From NCBI RefSeq assembly GCF_004010195.1, contig NC_057718.1, forward strand, positions 35,668,235-35,732,234: a DNA stretch of 64,000 bases. Reading direction: 5' to 3'. Made by a program: the position numbers and the translations under genes. The notes under the pieces were generated by a model. That model was not told the origin of the DNA, made no database searches, and saw only the letters and a program-made list of their open reading frames with translations. This DNA comes from Chiloscyllium plagiosum (Eukaryota). Below, piece after piece: positions 24,255-38,536 of this stretch. Each line of letters begins with the position of its first letter. Position 1 is the first letter of the stretch.

Positions 24255-25490
24255 AAGAACATAAGATCTAGGAGTAGGAGTAAGCAATTCAGATCCTTGA
24301 GCCTTCTCCACTCCAAAATATGATCATGGCTAATCCTCAAATTCACTTTCTTGCCTGATCCCCAACACCTTTTAACCCAATACTAATTAATATTCTATCT
24401 ATTTAGCTCCTCAAACTTTTTCAGCCTCCTGGCATTCACCGTACTCTGGGATAGTGAATTCCACAGAATCATAAACTTTGAGAGAAGTCATTCCTCATCC
24501 GTTTTAAATCTGCCATCCCTTAATCTAACATGATTATCTCTTGTTCTAGTTTGTCCCACTTAAGGAAACATCCATTCTAATTTTTTCAATCCACCTTAGA
24601 ATCTTATAGATCTTCCCTCATTTTTTCTAAACTCAAGAGCCTAACTGCTCGATCTCTCCTCAAAAAACAAACTTTTTATCCCCAGAATTCCTCAAACAGA
24701 CCAAATTGTAAGCAGTACTCCAGCTGTGGTCTTACCAATGCCACGACAATTGTACATCACTTCCCTATTTTTATACTCCATTATTTTAGTAATAATTTAG
24801 GAGCCAAAATTCCATTTGCCTTCCTTATTAACTGTTGTACCAGCATAATGTCTTTCTATGATTCATGCAAGATCCCTTTCCATCAAAGCATTTTGAAGTT
24901 TCTCTCCATGATAATAAGTTGTCTTTTTATTCTTCTGATCAAAATGGATGATCTGATAATTACCCAAGTGAAACTCTATGTGCCAAATTTTATCCCATCT
25001 GCTTTAACCTTTCCATTTGCATTCACAAATTTTTAATTTCATCATTTTAACATACTTTCCTGCCTACTTTGGTGTCAGCTTCAAAGGTGGCTATAGCACA
25101 TTATATCTCTGCATCCAAGTCATTAATATAGATTGCAAATAGTTGAGGCTTGAAGATTGAGTCCCGTGACACCCCATTAGTTACAGTTTGCCAGTCAGAA
25201 AAATGCTCATTTATCCTGACTCTCAGCTTTCTGTTGGTTAACCAATCTTTTATGAGTTAATATATTAAACTAAATCACATAGCATTAGGGTATGTCGTAA
25301 TTTTCTGTTCTGCACCTTATCAGATGCCTCTGGCAGGCCCTCTTATCTACTTTACTGGTTACATCTCTGTAGAATTGGAATTTAGTCAACTATAATTCAT
25401 CCTTCATAAAACCATGGTGGCTCTGATTGATTACGTTTTGACTTTCCATATGTCCTGCTGCTACTTCCAAAAAAAGATTATTTCCTTCTG
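24255..25490 (-). mobile_element. Old CR1 LINE 3' portion
   Basis: taagaacataag tail followed by reverse-complement CR1 3' UTR and RT remnants. Confidence 0.75.
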
Positions 25491-28400
25491 AGAAACTGTC
25501 TGAAGCTGAACCGGATAGTTCCTAACTTTTCCATGACCATAGCCATCTACTTCCATAAGTTTTCCTGACTCAGTGAGAGCAACTGCCCTTGATATCAAGG
25601 TTACATGTGACCTGTGATAATCAAAAGAACCCAAGCAAATCAACAGTCAAAGGGAAGCAGGGGAGAACTCTCAATGGTTGGAGTCATGCCTATAACAAAG
25701 GAACATTAGAATAGATTTTATTGTCACATGCACCCAAGTACAAGATCCTAAACAAATGCAAGAGTGTAACCCTTTGATCCAGTGCTGACATCAAAGCCAT
25801 CACTGATGCTGATGTCAATGCCACCACCTAGACTCCTGCACTAGGCCCACCAATGAAGTCTTCACACTTCAGCACCACCAGACCTACACTCACTGATGCA
25901 GCCAGTTCTTCCACAGCTGAGCTCTCCAATGGTAAAACATAAAAGAGAACTGCAGAGAAAAGTAGAAAAAGAAAGAAGGGAAATGGGCAGAAGAAAGAAA
26001 CGGATGAGCAGGAGCTTGAATGCTTCTACTCTGCTGTCGTCATCTTGGATTGCAATCTTTATGCCATGTGTAAGAAACTGTGGACTGAGTTATAGTTCGT
26101 GGAGTTTCAGTCACTGCAGCTCCAGAACCTCTCTGCAGGAGTTTGCCAGGACGGTGTTCTTGACCCAATCATCTTCAGTTGCATCATAAGGTCAGAACTG
26201 ATGTTTACTCATTGATCATGCCTATGTCTGTAATCTGTACTTGTTTCTTGAGAATTTCCAACTTTAAGTAACTCTACGGTTGATAGCTGTATCTTCAACA
26301 CCTTGAACCTGAAATTCTGAAATGCCTTTTGTAAATGTTTTTACATCACTATTTTCTCTTCCTTTAAAGTGTGAGGTAGTAAGACAGGTTTGTGGAAGGC
26401 CAATAATAACATTTGAAATGTTAAAACTAACACAATACTGAAAAATAAAGTTAACAATGTATTAGACTATGCACAATTATACGCATGGTGCACACAGTGT
26501 GAGGGACTATGGAGAATACATGCATAAGGGTAGCACAGGCAATCTTAGAGGTGAGATTGAGGTGGATTCAGAGTGAGCAAGGTCCTAGCCTCCTAAACAA
26601 AAAAGAAAACAAGGTATTTCTTCGTTTTAAATAAAAATACTTAAAAGGAGAATTAGCTGGTTAATTAATCCTAACCAATCCTAAAAAGTCTTAATTAGAT
26701 TAGTCCTCAGATTATATTGTGCATAATACATACTTTCTGTGATCAAGTCTTCCTTGCATCTCAAGCAAAAAAAAACATTGTTTCATACACTTTCAGGGTA
26801 TCACTCTCCAACAGAACATGTAGATGTAGTTTACACACTGCTCTGCAAGAAAACCATTTCTGACTTGAATGCAAGGAGGAACAGAATGAAGGCAAGTCAT
26901 CATTACTTTATGAACAGCCTTAGATTACCTGTAAATGAGAAATTAAAATAACATTAATGGCCAAGTAAGATCTTCAGATCTTACTGTCACAAGTAACAAA
27001 TGTTCAGCTTACTTTGACAGTGAGGATTGTAGCTCCTTTTGTTCGTCTAGGAACCAAGTTTTCCTTAACATTACCCAGGCTTCTGTTTTGTCACTTTCAA
27101 TTTCTATGTTGCCATCAAGTAATACTTCAACTTATATTGAATTCTTGAACTTTTATTTAGACTGAAGATAATTTGTAAACTCAACATTTTATTTTGCAAA
27201 GATCAGGGGCTGAGCTTGAAAGAATTCAATCTATGCAACTTCACAGCTTGCAAACTACAAACATGACCCATGTACAACTTTATATGCAAATTTTGTCTTT
27301 TCACACCAGGATTGGCTTCAACGTGCAATTTACAAACTACAAACCATGAGTAGTAGGGTAAGGAGGGAGGGCAATTAAAAGGCCCATCTTGATTCTCCAA
27401 TACAGAAGCCTGGCTCCTAACAGTGCTTAGTGGTTGTCTAAACCTCACTTTCTCCAACCTGGAACCACCCTAATACCCATCCATTTCAGAATGCCTATGC
27501 CACCCCTATGCCTTGCATTCATCTCCACAGCCACTTAGCCAGTTTGCATTAAATATTCAGATTCCAAACAATGTTAAATTCACCTCTGACCATCTTATAA
27601 AAGCCTTCTTATTATCGATGCTGAGGCAGGAATAAATGCATTCTGCCACGTACAGTCAAAGTTTTACAGTACAGAAAGAGGCTCTTTAGTCCATTATGTG
27701 CATGCCACTCATGAAACATGTATGTCTTCTTTGGCCTGTAATCCTGTATATATGGAGATTCAAGTGATCAGCTAAAATACAATTTAAACATTGTGACGAT
27801 ACCTATGAGTACAAACCTTTCAGGTAGCGGGTTCCAGATACCTATCAATCTCTGGGTAAAAAAAAATCCTCAAATTTCCTCTAAACTTACTGTGTTTTTT
27901 CTTTAAATCTATGATCATGGTTATTGATCTCTCTACTAAACAGGAAACATTTCTTCCTATCTTAACCCCTTGCAATTTTGTAAAGTTTGATTAGGTCCCC
28001 TCCCCCTCCCTCAGCCTTCTGTGTTCTAACAACGATCCCAGCCTATCTAGTCTCTCTCTTCATAACTGAAACTTTTATTATCATTTTCACTTCAAGGCAT
28101 TCCATTTAGTGTTCTGTGATAGCTTGTGCCTTTAAGAGTCACGTGCTGAGCAAGGTTCTGTCCCTCACACCTCAGAATGTTTAACTAGTCAGAGAGTAGG
28201 AGTTGTCCCCTGAGGGGGTGGGGGCAGCTATACAGGCGAGTGGCAAGATGAGAGAAGAGGGAGAGAGAGAGTTCAAAAGCTGTCACCTGCCTTTCCGCAC
28301 CCCCCATTTCCAACCAGCTTGATCAACTGTGCCCCTGTACCACCAGTCAGAGCCACGGTTTTGTCTCCTTTCCCTGAAAAAATCCCTATAATATTGTTAC

Positions 28401-29844
28401 AATCCTGTTAGCATGTGTCAACAAACCAGAAAAACACACCAAAGACCCAACTTTCTGAAACTATCATTAACTCAGATGAAAGGGACAAGTGCTAAAACCT
28501 ATTTAAGGTCACTGAAATTCAGTGAAGCATTAATAATAGCCACAGTGCTGCAAACATTAGGCCATTCCCTTAAAATAAAAAAAATCTGATCAGGCATCTG
28601 GATGGGTATATGAACAGGAAGAGTTTAGAGGGATATGGGCTAAATGCTGACAAATGGGACAGCTTAGATTGGGATGACAGTCAGTGCAGATGACTTGGAC
28701 TAAAGGATCTGTTTCTGTGCTGAATGACTATGATTATAATTTCAAAATAGAGTGCCCATCAATCACTGTAGAAAAGCAGAATTATTTCAAAATTAAAACA
28801 AGGTTTTTCAATAAATATCACCCAGAGACAATTACATCACAGTAGAAAACGAGTCAGCACAAACCAACAGGACATTTTGAACATTTTTTCATTCAACCAG
28901 AGGAATCATTGAATCCCTAGTGTGGAAGCAGGCCATTTGGCCCATCAAAGGTGGATACAATTACAACATTTAAAAGACATTTGGAAAGATATATGGGTAG
29001 GAAAGGTTTAGAGGGATATGGGCTACACACAGGCAAATGGAACCAATTCAGTTCAGGAACCCTGGTCAGCATGGGTTAACCTAACTTTAAAGGTGAGATC
29101 GCTGGGATGAATTATTGTGTTGAGAACACACTTGCATTACAACAAAGCACCTAATGACGTTTAAAGGCATTGAAATATTTTACACTTACCTTTCAGAATG
29201 TTCCGACTTCTTGAGAAGCTTTCTACTTTCTTCATGAATTGTCAAACCTGACATACTTATAATGGACTTCCAAAACCCTGCATGACTGGATGAAAATGTG
29301 GTAGGTGTACATATTGTGGATTCTTGATCCGCAAAACAAAAGGCCAAAGGAAAATGGCAGAGGGTCAGGAATTTGGACTAAAATCGAATTGCCTCTCAAG
29401 AAATTTGTGCAGTCAATCATGCACCAAATGATTTCCAAATCCTGACAAAAATGTGGCCCCAAGAATAAAGAAAATTAAGTACACATCTTTTCCTTTCAAA
29501 GAACCAAGTGCACTTTTTTCACACCAAATATTTTAAAATATATCTCATCTTTTGTTATACACAGAGGAGGGGGGTATGGCTTCCTCCCAACTACCAAAAA
29601 AAATGAACCATCCCCGTGTAACTCTCCCATGTACTATGAAGGTCTGCATGTTCAGACAAGACGAGTCTGGGGCTGACCTCAAATACATAGATCCGCGGAT
29701 AGCAAATCCGCAGGTAAGTAGCAAGTATATGCACAGAATGACAGCAGCCTTGCAAAATAATAATCAGATAACTAAATATTTGTCAGTCTTTTGGGGATTT
29801 AAGTGCTGCCTTACAGAATAGTTAATTTTAACGCAAAAAAAAAA

Positions 29845-32690
29845 TGTTGGAAATCTGAAACAAAGGACAGAAAATGCTGAAACAATCAGGTTTGCCATCA
29901 TTTGGACAGAAACTGAGCCAACCCTTCCATGTGTGCAACCTTTCATCAGAAAAGGAATGGAAATTTCAAGTTTTCTGCAAGTTAAAAGGAGTGTGAGGAG
30001 AAAAACAACAAAAAGAAGGTTCTGAGATAGAATTAAGGACAGGAGAAATTAAACAACAAAGGTTTACTTGTACAAAGCTAATAAAATTGTATTTGGACAA
30101 GAAAGAAAAAAAAAATCACCAAGAGATATGAATGGCAGCATGCCTTCCAAATGCAAATCAGCATCGGCTCCAGCTCAAAGCTATCCTGATTCCTAGTGTC
30201 ATTTGCCTTGTTCTTAGTTCAATAAAAACTTACCTTCATTTCAGATGTGAAGGATCACAAACCTGATTAACTCTCATGTATACCAGTGCCATTCTAGATT
30301 CGTCTAGTCCATTCTTACTTCAAATATCACCTCTTGCTTAACAGTACATTTCCCTCTCTGCTTCTGAATAATCAGTCCTCAGCAAAGGCTTCAACCTCAT
30401 CATTTAGGCTTTCGTGCAATGAATGTTGAACTTATCACAATGCGAAGTTTTACTTTCTTCTTCTGCAAACCATTTTCTTTTGTCAGGATTCCTCAGTTAT
30501 TCCTTTTACCAATTTCAAATTTTCTCTCTTCAAATGGAACCCCATCATTTATGTAACCCCAGCCATCTCAATTTCTCTGCTCCTTAGACTCTAAACAATA
30601 TTCCTTTGAACTTGCAATACTCCATTCTCTCAGGTCCAATCTTAACATTAAACATGTTACTCCATGTCTCCACCACCAACAATAAGCCATTACTTTGAGT
30701 ACTGCCATTAACTTAATCACTTCCGGAGATCTTCCCTCTTAAACTTTAAAACCTCATGATGCTCCAACCCTACACAGCCTGCTTCTACCTCCCTTGCCAA
30801 ATCTCAAGATCATTCTGACAGACCCATTATTTCAAAGTGCTCTTGCTCACTGAACTGTTTGCTTCCCATCTCAACTCAGTTTTTTTCTCCTTGTCCACAT
30901 CCTTCCCTTCAATGCTCTTTTGTAAGTTATAACAGTTTCGAGTTTTCTGGGCATAATCTTTTCAGCGTGATTGACAAAACTGTCTACACCTCCATCACCA
31001 CTCCTGTATCATCTGAAAGCTCTCCACAGCTTCCTTGAAAGGAATCTCACCAGTCCTCATTCACCATCTCCTTCTTCCCACACCTGGTTGAATTTGTCCT
31101 CACGCTGAGCAGTTTCAAGAACATTCTCCTTCAATTCCATCCATTTCCTCCAAATATGGAGTTGGTACTCACGTAGATCCTAGCATTGCCTATCTTATCT
31201 GCAATATTCCTTGTTCTAGTCCTACTTAGCTCCTCACTTACCTCTTCTGCCAGTATAATTTGTGCCATTTCCTGTTCTTAGTCTAAACTGGAAAATGCAA
31301 TTGACTTTGACTAAACATTCCACCCTTCGTTCACCTTCACATAGCTCATCTCAAACTCATTCCTTCCTCGAATTCTGTCCCCATTTCAGCAGATAAGCTA
31401 TCAACAACCATTCACTATAAACCCAGTAACTCCCACAACTACCTTTGATTACATTTACTGTCTCTGCTTCCTCAAGGGCTCTACTCCATTCTCCTAGTTT
31501 TTTTCATTTCTGCTGCACAAGAATTTCTGATGCAATTGAAGACATTCCTAAAACATGACGGATAGGGTCTTTGAACATTTCTGTCCATTTTATGCAGTCC
31601 AGTCTTACTCTTTCTAGACTATGGCACGTTGCCTTTGTCCTCACCTTTAGCCCACCAACCTCTCTTAAAATCATCTTCTGCCTTTTCTGTCACCTTTAAT
31701 GTTATGCCATCACCAAATACATCTTTCTCTTCTATTCAGCAGCTGAAAGCAACCATTTTCTCAACATCCTGATCCACTGTGTCGTCATCTACAGATTCTT
31801 CCCTTCTTGTGGCACCCTCGACACACAAGTACAGGAGATACAAGATTTGCACTTTTAATTCCTCACTTCTCATCATTCAAAGTCCCAAAAGCTTCTTGTA
31901 TTTCTTTCACTTTCTGTACTAACTGCTCACTTCATAATTTCTTCTAAATTAGGAAGATCAAGGCACCTTTTATTCTCAACATCAAGTTTTACAATTTTGT
32001 ATGTGAGAGCCCCCCCTCTGACTTTACTTCTCCATTGGTTTTAATGTATTTCTTTTCTCATTTATTTCTTAAGGTATTCTGTCAATCACATTTTCTCTAA
32101 AAATATTGTTTTTCTTTATTTATCTCATTCAGACTCCACTCAGTCCACAGCACAATCCTGGCTTCCTATTTTAATTCGCTATGCACACGATAACCACATA
32201 ACTTTATGGCCTTGGTTTGCTATAGTGTTCCAATGAAGTTCAACCTAACCTCAAGGTGCAGGATCTTATCTTTCCACTGAGCACTTTACTACTTTTTGAA
32301 CCCTTCATTGAGACTAACAATTTTAATCATGATCTTAAACCCCTTTTTGTTTATTATTTGTTTTTTTTTCTCATTTCTTTCTTGATTGCTTGAAGCTTTC
32401 CAGTCACTCACAAGCCTTGAGACATACTTTCTTCTACATCTAACCCATTCCCACTACATTTCTCCAGTTAAACTTTATATCATTTATTTTCCTGTGTCCT
32501 CCACCTTATCAGAGACCTTTTCTTTTGTTCTCCTTCCCACCTGACCCCTTCCCAAAGTTTTCTCAAAATATCATGCATTTCTAACCTTTTTCAATTCTGA
32601 TGAATGTTTACATCCCTGTAAAGTTAACTCTACTTCTTTCTCCATAGATGTTAACGGGCCTGCCGAAAGTTTCTAGCATTTTCTTTTGAT
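29845..32690 (+). mobile_element. Ancient, nearly full-length Penelope-like element with inverted upstream pLTR
   Basis: Degenerate remnants in PLE order: SVLSKG (30374), RPIIS (30819), YTSI (30985), YKP...SHNYL (31416), SIPFS-like (31481), LIF.L.TL (32265). The 3' pLTR (ttctgatgaa...32595-32690) is mirrored at 29845-29952. Confidence 0.6.
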
Positions 32691-34553
32691 TGCACTTATA
32701 AGCCTTAGGCAGAAACCAGCAAAAGCAGATGGCACCCCACTCAGGAATCTTCACTGGAGGCCCAGCAAATTTTGAGCGGATCAGTACTCGTCTTATTCAT
32801 CTCCAAAAACAGTTAAACTAAAATAGGGAATTGGAAGGAAGAGATCGAGAAACACAATCCCTCCATTGTATTTACTGTCTCTGCTCATCTCCCAGCTGTT
32901 GGGATATTGAAATATTGTCTACACAAGCAGATTAAAAAAAAAGTCTGATCATGATAGATTTCTCTAAACGCCTGCCATTTTTACTCACCTAATTACACTG
33001 AAAAAGCAGCATGCCGATAAGTCACACCATTATTACCTTTATGAAAAAATACACTGTATAAACTGCTGACATTTTGTACTTTCAATGCCTAATTAAACCA
33101 TTCATTCACACACATCTGCACAACAGTTTCAGTAAAGCTCAAGAGTTCTTCTACAATTCAAGCAATTCAGGAAATTTATGCTGAACTTTCCCATAGTATG
33201 AAAAGCATCCCACAAACATCCATGAACTACTGAATTAATTGGCATTCAGTTGTGATATTACAAAATGTCAGCTTGTTCAAAATAATTACTTGCAAATCTC
33301 ACTTCCAGTTCTTTCCACATTTTACAAAGTGCTAATCAAGCAATCTCTGCATTGCAAGAGCAGTATGCTGTCAATCAGAGGCTTTTACAGAATATGGAAC
33401 ACTTATGAAGATGGTTTGTGATTATGTAAAATTAGAAGCTGCATGCAGCATTTAAAAAGAATTACATAATTTACAACATGCGCAAATGGAAAGAAATAAA
33501 ACAAAGAGTAGCTGCAAAAGGTGCTAATCATTTTCTACTAAAAGGAGTCCACACATTTACACCATCTTTGCAACATTAAAGGGATAGGTATTCCTTTTAG
33601 TATCGATGTTGGAAACATATTCTAAAAAACTGTCATGGTGAATTCTTGTACTTAAAGTTTCATTATAATTTTCATACTGAAGAATAAACTGAATACCAAT
33701 TGCACCATATTCAGAATCCTCAACTGACATTTGTGCAAAAAAATTACAAAAACAATTATTACCATGTTTACAGTTTTTCTGCTTACAAATAGATATTTGC
33801 CAGTCATTTAGTTCATAACATTTCTTATGTTTTTATATTGTCTTAGTTTTGTGCAGTTAAATGACATCTAGAATGGCTTGATTGCAGCTAAAGCAGCAGA
33901 CGTGAAGTCACAATGTAATCAACCTAAAGAAAGAAGTCTGCAAAAAATATCCATTTTGCAGTCTATTCAGTTTATTTTGTTCTTAAGTTATTCGTAGTGT
34001 ATAAAAATAGTTATTTTTTGAAAGTACGCTGCAACACTACATTATACAGTTTTAAGAAGGCTGGGTCTTTGTGAATTAGTATATTGTATATAGTTCAATA
34101 ATTAATGTTTTGCTTGTAGACATATGGTTCTGGAAGGAACCAAAATTACAGGTATTAGGTATTGGATCAAATTTTGTGAATTTATTATGGTTTTTAAACT
34201 AAGTATTGCAGAATCAATTAATTTCAAAGACTTGGAACCAATTTCATTTCAATGTTCTAAAACAAATACTGTTTTTCTATGTTACAGATTGTTTAGATTA
34301 ATGCATTTTTAAATCTTGAATTAATTCCATTACCTTTCAGTTATTCAAAAACTAATTCTCTGAAATTTTACTCCTACTTAAGTTTTGAAGCAGACAGTCT
34401 TCCTTGAAGTTGTTCAGAAAATAACACATACAGATATAGAAGACTTTTGAACAAATTTTAAAAAATTCCACACAAATAAATAATGTAGTAAGTCATAAGT
34501 ATCATTTATTGCAAACATTAGGTCAGGGAATGGTGAAAGCATGAAACTCAAAA

Positions 34554-34576
34554 CTAGGAATTTAAAAAGTTCTTAC
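34554..34576 (-). CDS. MTA3: Intron read-through C-terminus of a putative short MTA3 isoform (CKNFLNS*)
   Basis: T|GT AAG AAC TTT TTA AAT TCC TAG. Resembles the recalled human short-isoform end CKMLLNS*. Confidence 0.7.
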
Positions 34577-34799
34577 ATTCTGCCTTAATGGCAGCACAGT
34601 TAATCGGAACAAATGGTTTCCTTGCCGCCTGTTTCAGTTGCAGAATATCTCTGCAGACATGCCTGGCAAGTTTTGTAAGACGTGTGGTCTGCAGGAAGAA
34701 AGACTGACGAGTCTTCAAAGTAGATTTTGGACTATCAATGTGTATTGGTACACCATGCCCCAGTTGACCATGATGAAAGATGCTTCTTATGTGGGACTC
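34577..34799 (-). CDS. MTA3: MTA3 coding exon (R1, RBBP4/7-binding region), 223 nt
   Basis: ctaaaaag|[74 protein letters not shown]+T|gtaag. Contains the KTRQxFFL and AARKP motifs. Missed by the ORF track. Confidence 0.93.
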
Positions 34800-35707
34800 C
34801 TTTTTAGAATAGAGAAAGAGAACACTTAATTAGTCACTAAATGCATTGCATTGTGCGAAATAACTTTTCTAATAACAACGGTGCTGCATTTGTAACTGAC
34901 ACTCATGAAGTCAAATCTTCTGAACTCTCAAATTCAACCTCTGAATGCACACAAGATGTAAAAAATACAAGGCAAACAAATATCCTTTAGGAGGCAGTAG
35001 AGACACTGAACACCAGCTATATTACCATGCAAAATAGCCCTCTCTCAAACCTCCCTTTATATTGTTGCATTGTATTTCAATTTGCTCCAGATCCAAGCTT
35101 AATTATGTGACTAGCACACACTTCAACGGACATGGGACAAACCTAAGACACAACTATATTCGAACTACTGATAATGGCAATTTCTGGGACGCCTAAACTT
35201 TCAGAGTGCATTCTGCAATATCATAAATCTATCTAAAATATTTATAACAAACTCAGTTTGACTTTTAACTTTCCTTGAAGTTGGTTTCCCTGTACTTTTA
35301 ATAAAATCATGACAAGATTATGCCATAATGGATTTCAGTAAGTCACATAAAACGTACTTATGATAAAAAGGCACACTTTCACAATTAGGAGGAAACAAAA
35401 AATAGCTATGGACTGATCTAATAGATCACAATGCTAAAACAGTTTCAGGTAACCAAGTTGAAGAGCTCAATTAGCATTAATTTGAAATCGTATTTGAACA
35501 GGTCACACTATTATCAGAAAGAACAGTAAAGAAAGGAATTTACTGAATAGAAATGAATAATTCCCACTGCCAGAACCTAAAAATAGGAACTAGTACTGGT
35601 ATAAAGAAAATCAAACTAAACTGGTCCATTAATCATATTTGAACTCTAAAGCATGAGCAGCTAATCACAAGTGAACACAAGTCCAAATCTTTCTGTTTTT
35701 TTGTTAC

Positions 35708-35859
35708 CGAAACATCATCTGCGGGTGACATTTTTTCTGCTTCTGCTCGAGTAGGCATCTTCAAACCACCGTACTTCTTCCAGTAGGTCCAGCATGAAGC
35801 ACAGAGTCTACACTGCATATTTGGAGGTCCCCAGGAATACCACTGTTGGGATTGTGTGG
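35708..35859 (-). CDS. MTA3: MTA3 coding exon (GATA-type zinc finger), 152 nt
   Basis: tttcag|(T)[50 protein letters not shown]|gtaac; phase 1-0. Confidence 0.95.
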
Positions 35860-36149
35860 CTGAAAAAAAGAAAAACAGAACTATTGCTCAACAACAAAAT
35901 TCAAATCAGTTGACATTTCTCCAATTTTGCCATAATTTCATTCTACCATGATTAGCTTAAAACCAAAAACAGATATGGTATGACTAATATGATATGGTTT
36001 CAGTATGATAGATTCCTCTAATATATAAGATACTGAAATCAGAGCTATATTTTAAACTTATAAAATTCCATTTGTGGACAAAATCCACAGAAGGCAGGTA
36101 ACATACAATGTGTTCTTAATTATCCGAATTTATTAAACTTAATCAGAAT

Positions 36150-36430
36150 CCCATTTGACTATGATACAGGCAATTTAGTATCCTTCTCAAATTTGGCTTC
36201 CCTGAGAAATTTGTCACCATCCTCCACAAAGATGTTCAAACAGTTACCATCACCAAGGCAACCACCAAAACCCGACCTCAGTGAAAAGTGAGGTCAAACA
36301 CAGCTCTGTGTCATTACATCCACATTATTCTCCACTTTCCTTGCTGCAATACTTCATGTCAACTCCATCAAATTATCCTCAGGTTTGAAGGTAACCCACA
36401 GAACCAAGCTGTTCAACCTACACTGGCTTC
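36150..36430 (+). mobile_element. RTE-clade LINE RT fragment
   Basis: ILLKFGFPEKFVTILH, then gtgaggtcaaaca ~ GVKQG; RTE-type motifs, degenerate. Confidence 0.55.
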
Positions 36431-37439
36431 AATTCAAAACCAATTCCAACTTCAGTCAGAGTATCGGTATGTTAATGGTTGTCAAATGTATGCTTAGCTT
36501 ACATTCATTATAACAAACACCTATTTTTCTCAAAAGGACAAATACAAAATCATATGAAGGCATGCTAGATCAAAGCACTGGCAGCTCCTGGAATGAGTCA
36601 CTGTTCAAGCAAAAATAACTAAATGAAGGCTGCAGCACTCACTCCATTTAAAGCCTCATGCTTGCTGGATAGACCGTCAACTTGTTCATTTATCTAGCAT
36701 CAAAATATCATAATAATCAAAGTTCAAGAGGAACCAGGACTTTGCATCATTGACATTAAATGCGGGGATCAAGGTAGGCCTATTTTATTGTGGGATCTGA
36801 TTGGAGAAGATCTTTGCCTTCAGAGTGTTTAATTGAAGTTCCAATTTCTCATGTACTTTGGTGAAGGGGTCAACTATGACCTAAAGCTCAATTTCTGAGT
36901 GTGTACACATCAACAATGAAGGTGGCTATCACTTGATTCAATAATGTTTACTGAGGTTTGAGAGTTTCCGTCACTGACTAACAAAGCTAATTTGAATGAG
37001 CACATAAGGCATGATTTTTCCACGAGGTAATGGAATCCAGCACGCAGGATTCGTTTTCCTTTCTTGGCCACTTTCTGCTTCGTAATTAAGCTTCTTTGTG
37101 TCCTTGTTACGACTTGCTTTCTTAGCTATCTTGGTATCATCGGTAGATTTAGTAGCCATACCTGCTATTCTTTCTTTCTAACCAAGTTATATCCGCTAGC
37201 CCAAAATAATGTTTCAACTTGAGCTTCCAAAATCTCCCATGCAATGCAGAAGTTGGCCCTTTTCCTCTATCCTTAATCACACAACATGAGAATCCATTTA
37301 TATTTCCACTTATGTTCCTCCCACACAATTCAGTTCTTTAGTCCCCAAACTACTACTATCCATAACAGATGTCACAATGCCATGCTGTTATCTCTCCAGA
37401 AAATGTCACAAAGCAGAATTACTGCAGCCCCAACAGTAT

Positions 37440-38328
37440 GAAAAAGGTTGCATTGAGTGTACCCAAAGCTTTATAGGAGTAGTTTACAACCTTTGACCCA
37501 GAAGCAACTCCATTTGGAAAATTTGTAAGTTGTTTAAAATATTTGTGGAATTTGTAATTAGTTTTAGAAACATTTGAAAAGGACTTGTAATTGTTTGTGT
37601 CAATTGTAAAGATGGCAATTGTAATTTCTTAAACAAAAATGATGATTCAAAATGGTGATCTTTGACCTGGAAGCAGTAACACCAGGAAGTTAATATTCAA
37701 AAACCAGAAAAAAGACATGCAACAGGTAACAACAGAGAAGACACACTTACAAGGAGCTACGTGTATAATACAGATAAATAGAAGAGAAAGCAGTTTGCAA
37801 ATGTTAGAGCAGGAATTGAGAGTTGTACAATTTTACTGCTATGCTTCAATTTTGTCAGAGCCAATTAAACCGATTAAAGGGAGTCTCTAAGGGGATCATG
37901 GTTTCTGGGGCAACTATGCCATCAAGATGGTCTTGTATCTAGCTAGGAAGATTTTGAGAGAGTGTGCCATTCAGGCAACACCAGTCTTTGGGAACTTCAA
38001 ATACAACATGGTTGCTTGTGATTACAGCTTGAGAGCCAAATAGATTCAGTAGGGGAGAGAGATCCAAATTACCAAAGAAGAAAACTTTGGAACACATGAT
38101 GCCACAGGTCTATAGGCAATGTCCCAATTTTTGTGATTTTGTAAGACATGCTTATTGTATCAACTAATTTAAAGTGAAATTAGGTTAAAACGCACCATTG
38201 ACCTTTTGATTCAGGGTTAATTTGCTTTGGTTCAAATAAAACATAGAAATCTTGCTAATTTCTTTGTCTGGGATAATTTGGCAAATATGATCATTTTGAT
38301 TTAAGGCTCCCCCATGATGATCATAACA
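37440..38328 (+). mobile_element. Probable solo LTR
   Basis: Ends cccccatgatgatcataACA; AATAAA at 38235. Flanked by gtat (37436-37439, 38329-38332); no coding remnants. Confidence 0.5.
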
Positions 38329-38536
38329 GTATGATTTTGCTTACACTGTAAAAGCTAAATAAGAGAAAAAGCTTGGAGAGAAAACACAGCAGGATTTTAC
38401 TAAGTACCTGAATTAATGATTTCAATTAATCCCCAGGCAGCCAGATAGGTTTTAAATTTAGAAATTTTACTTCTCGTTGTTGCACCATGTTCCTTCTGGT
38501 CTTCTACTTAAGTAGTTTAGTTTTAATAGTACTCAC

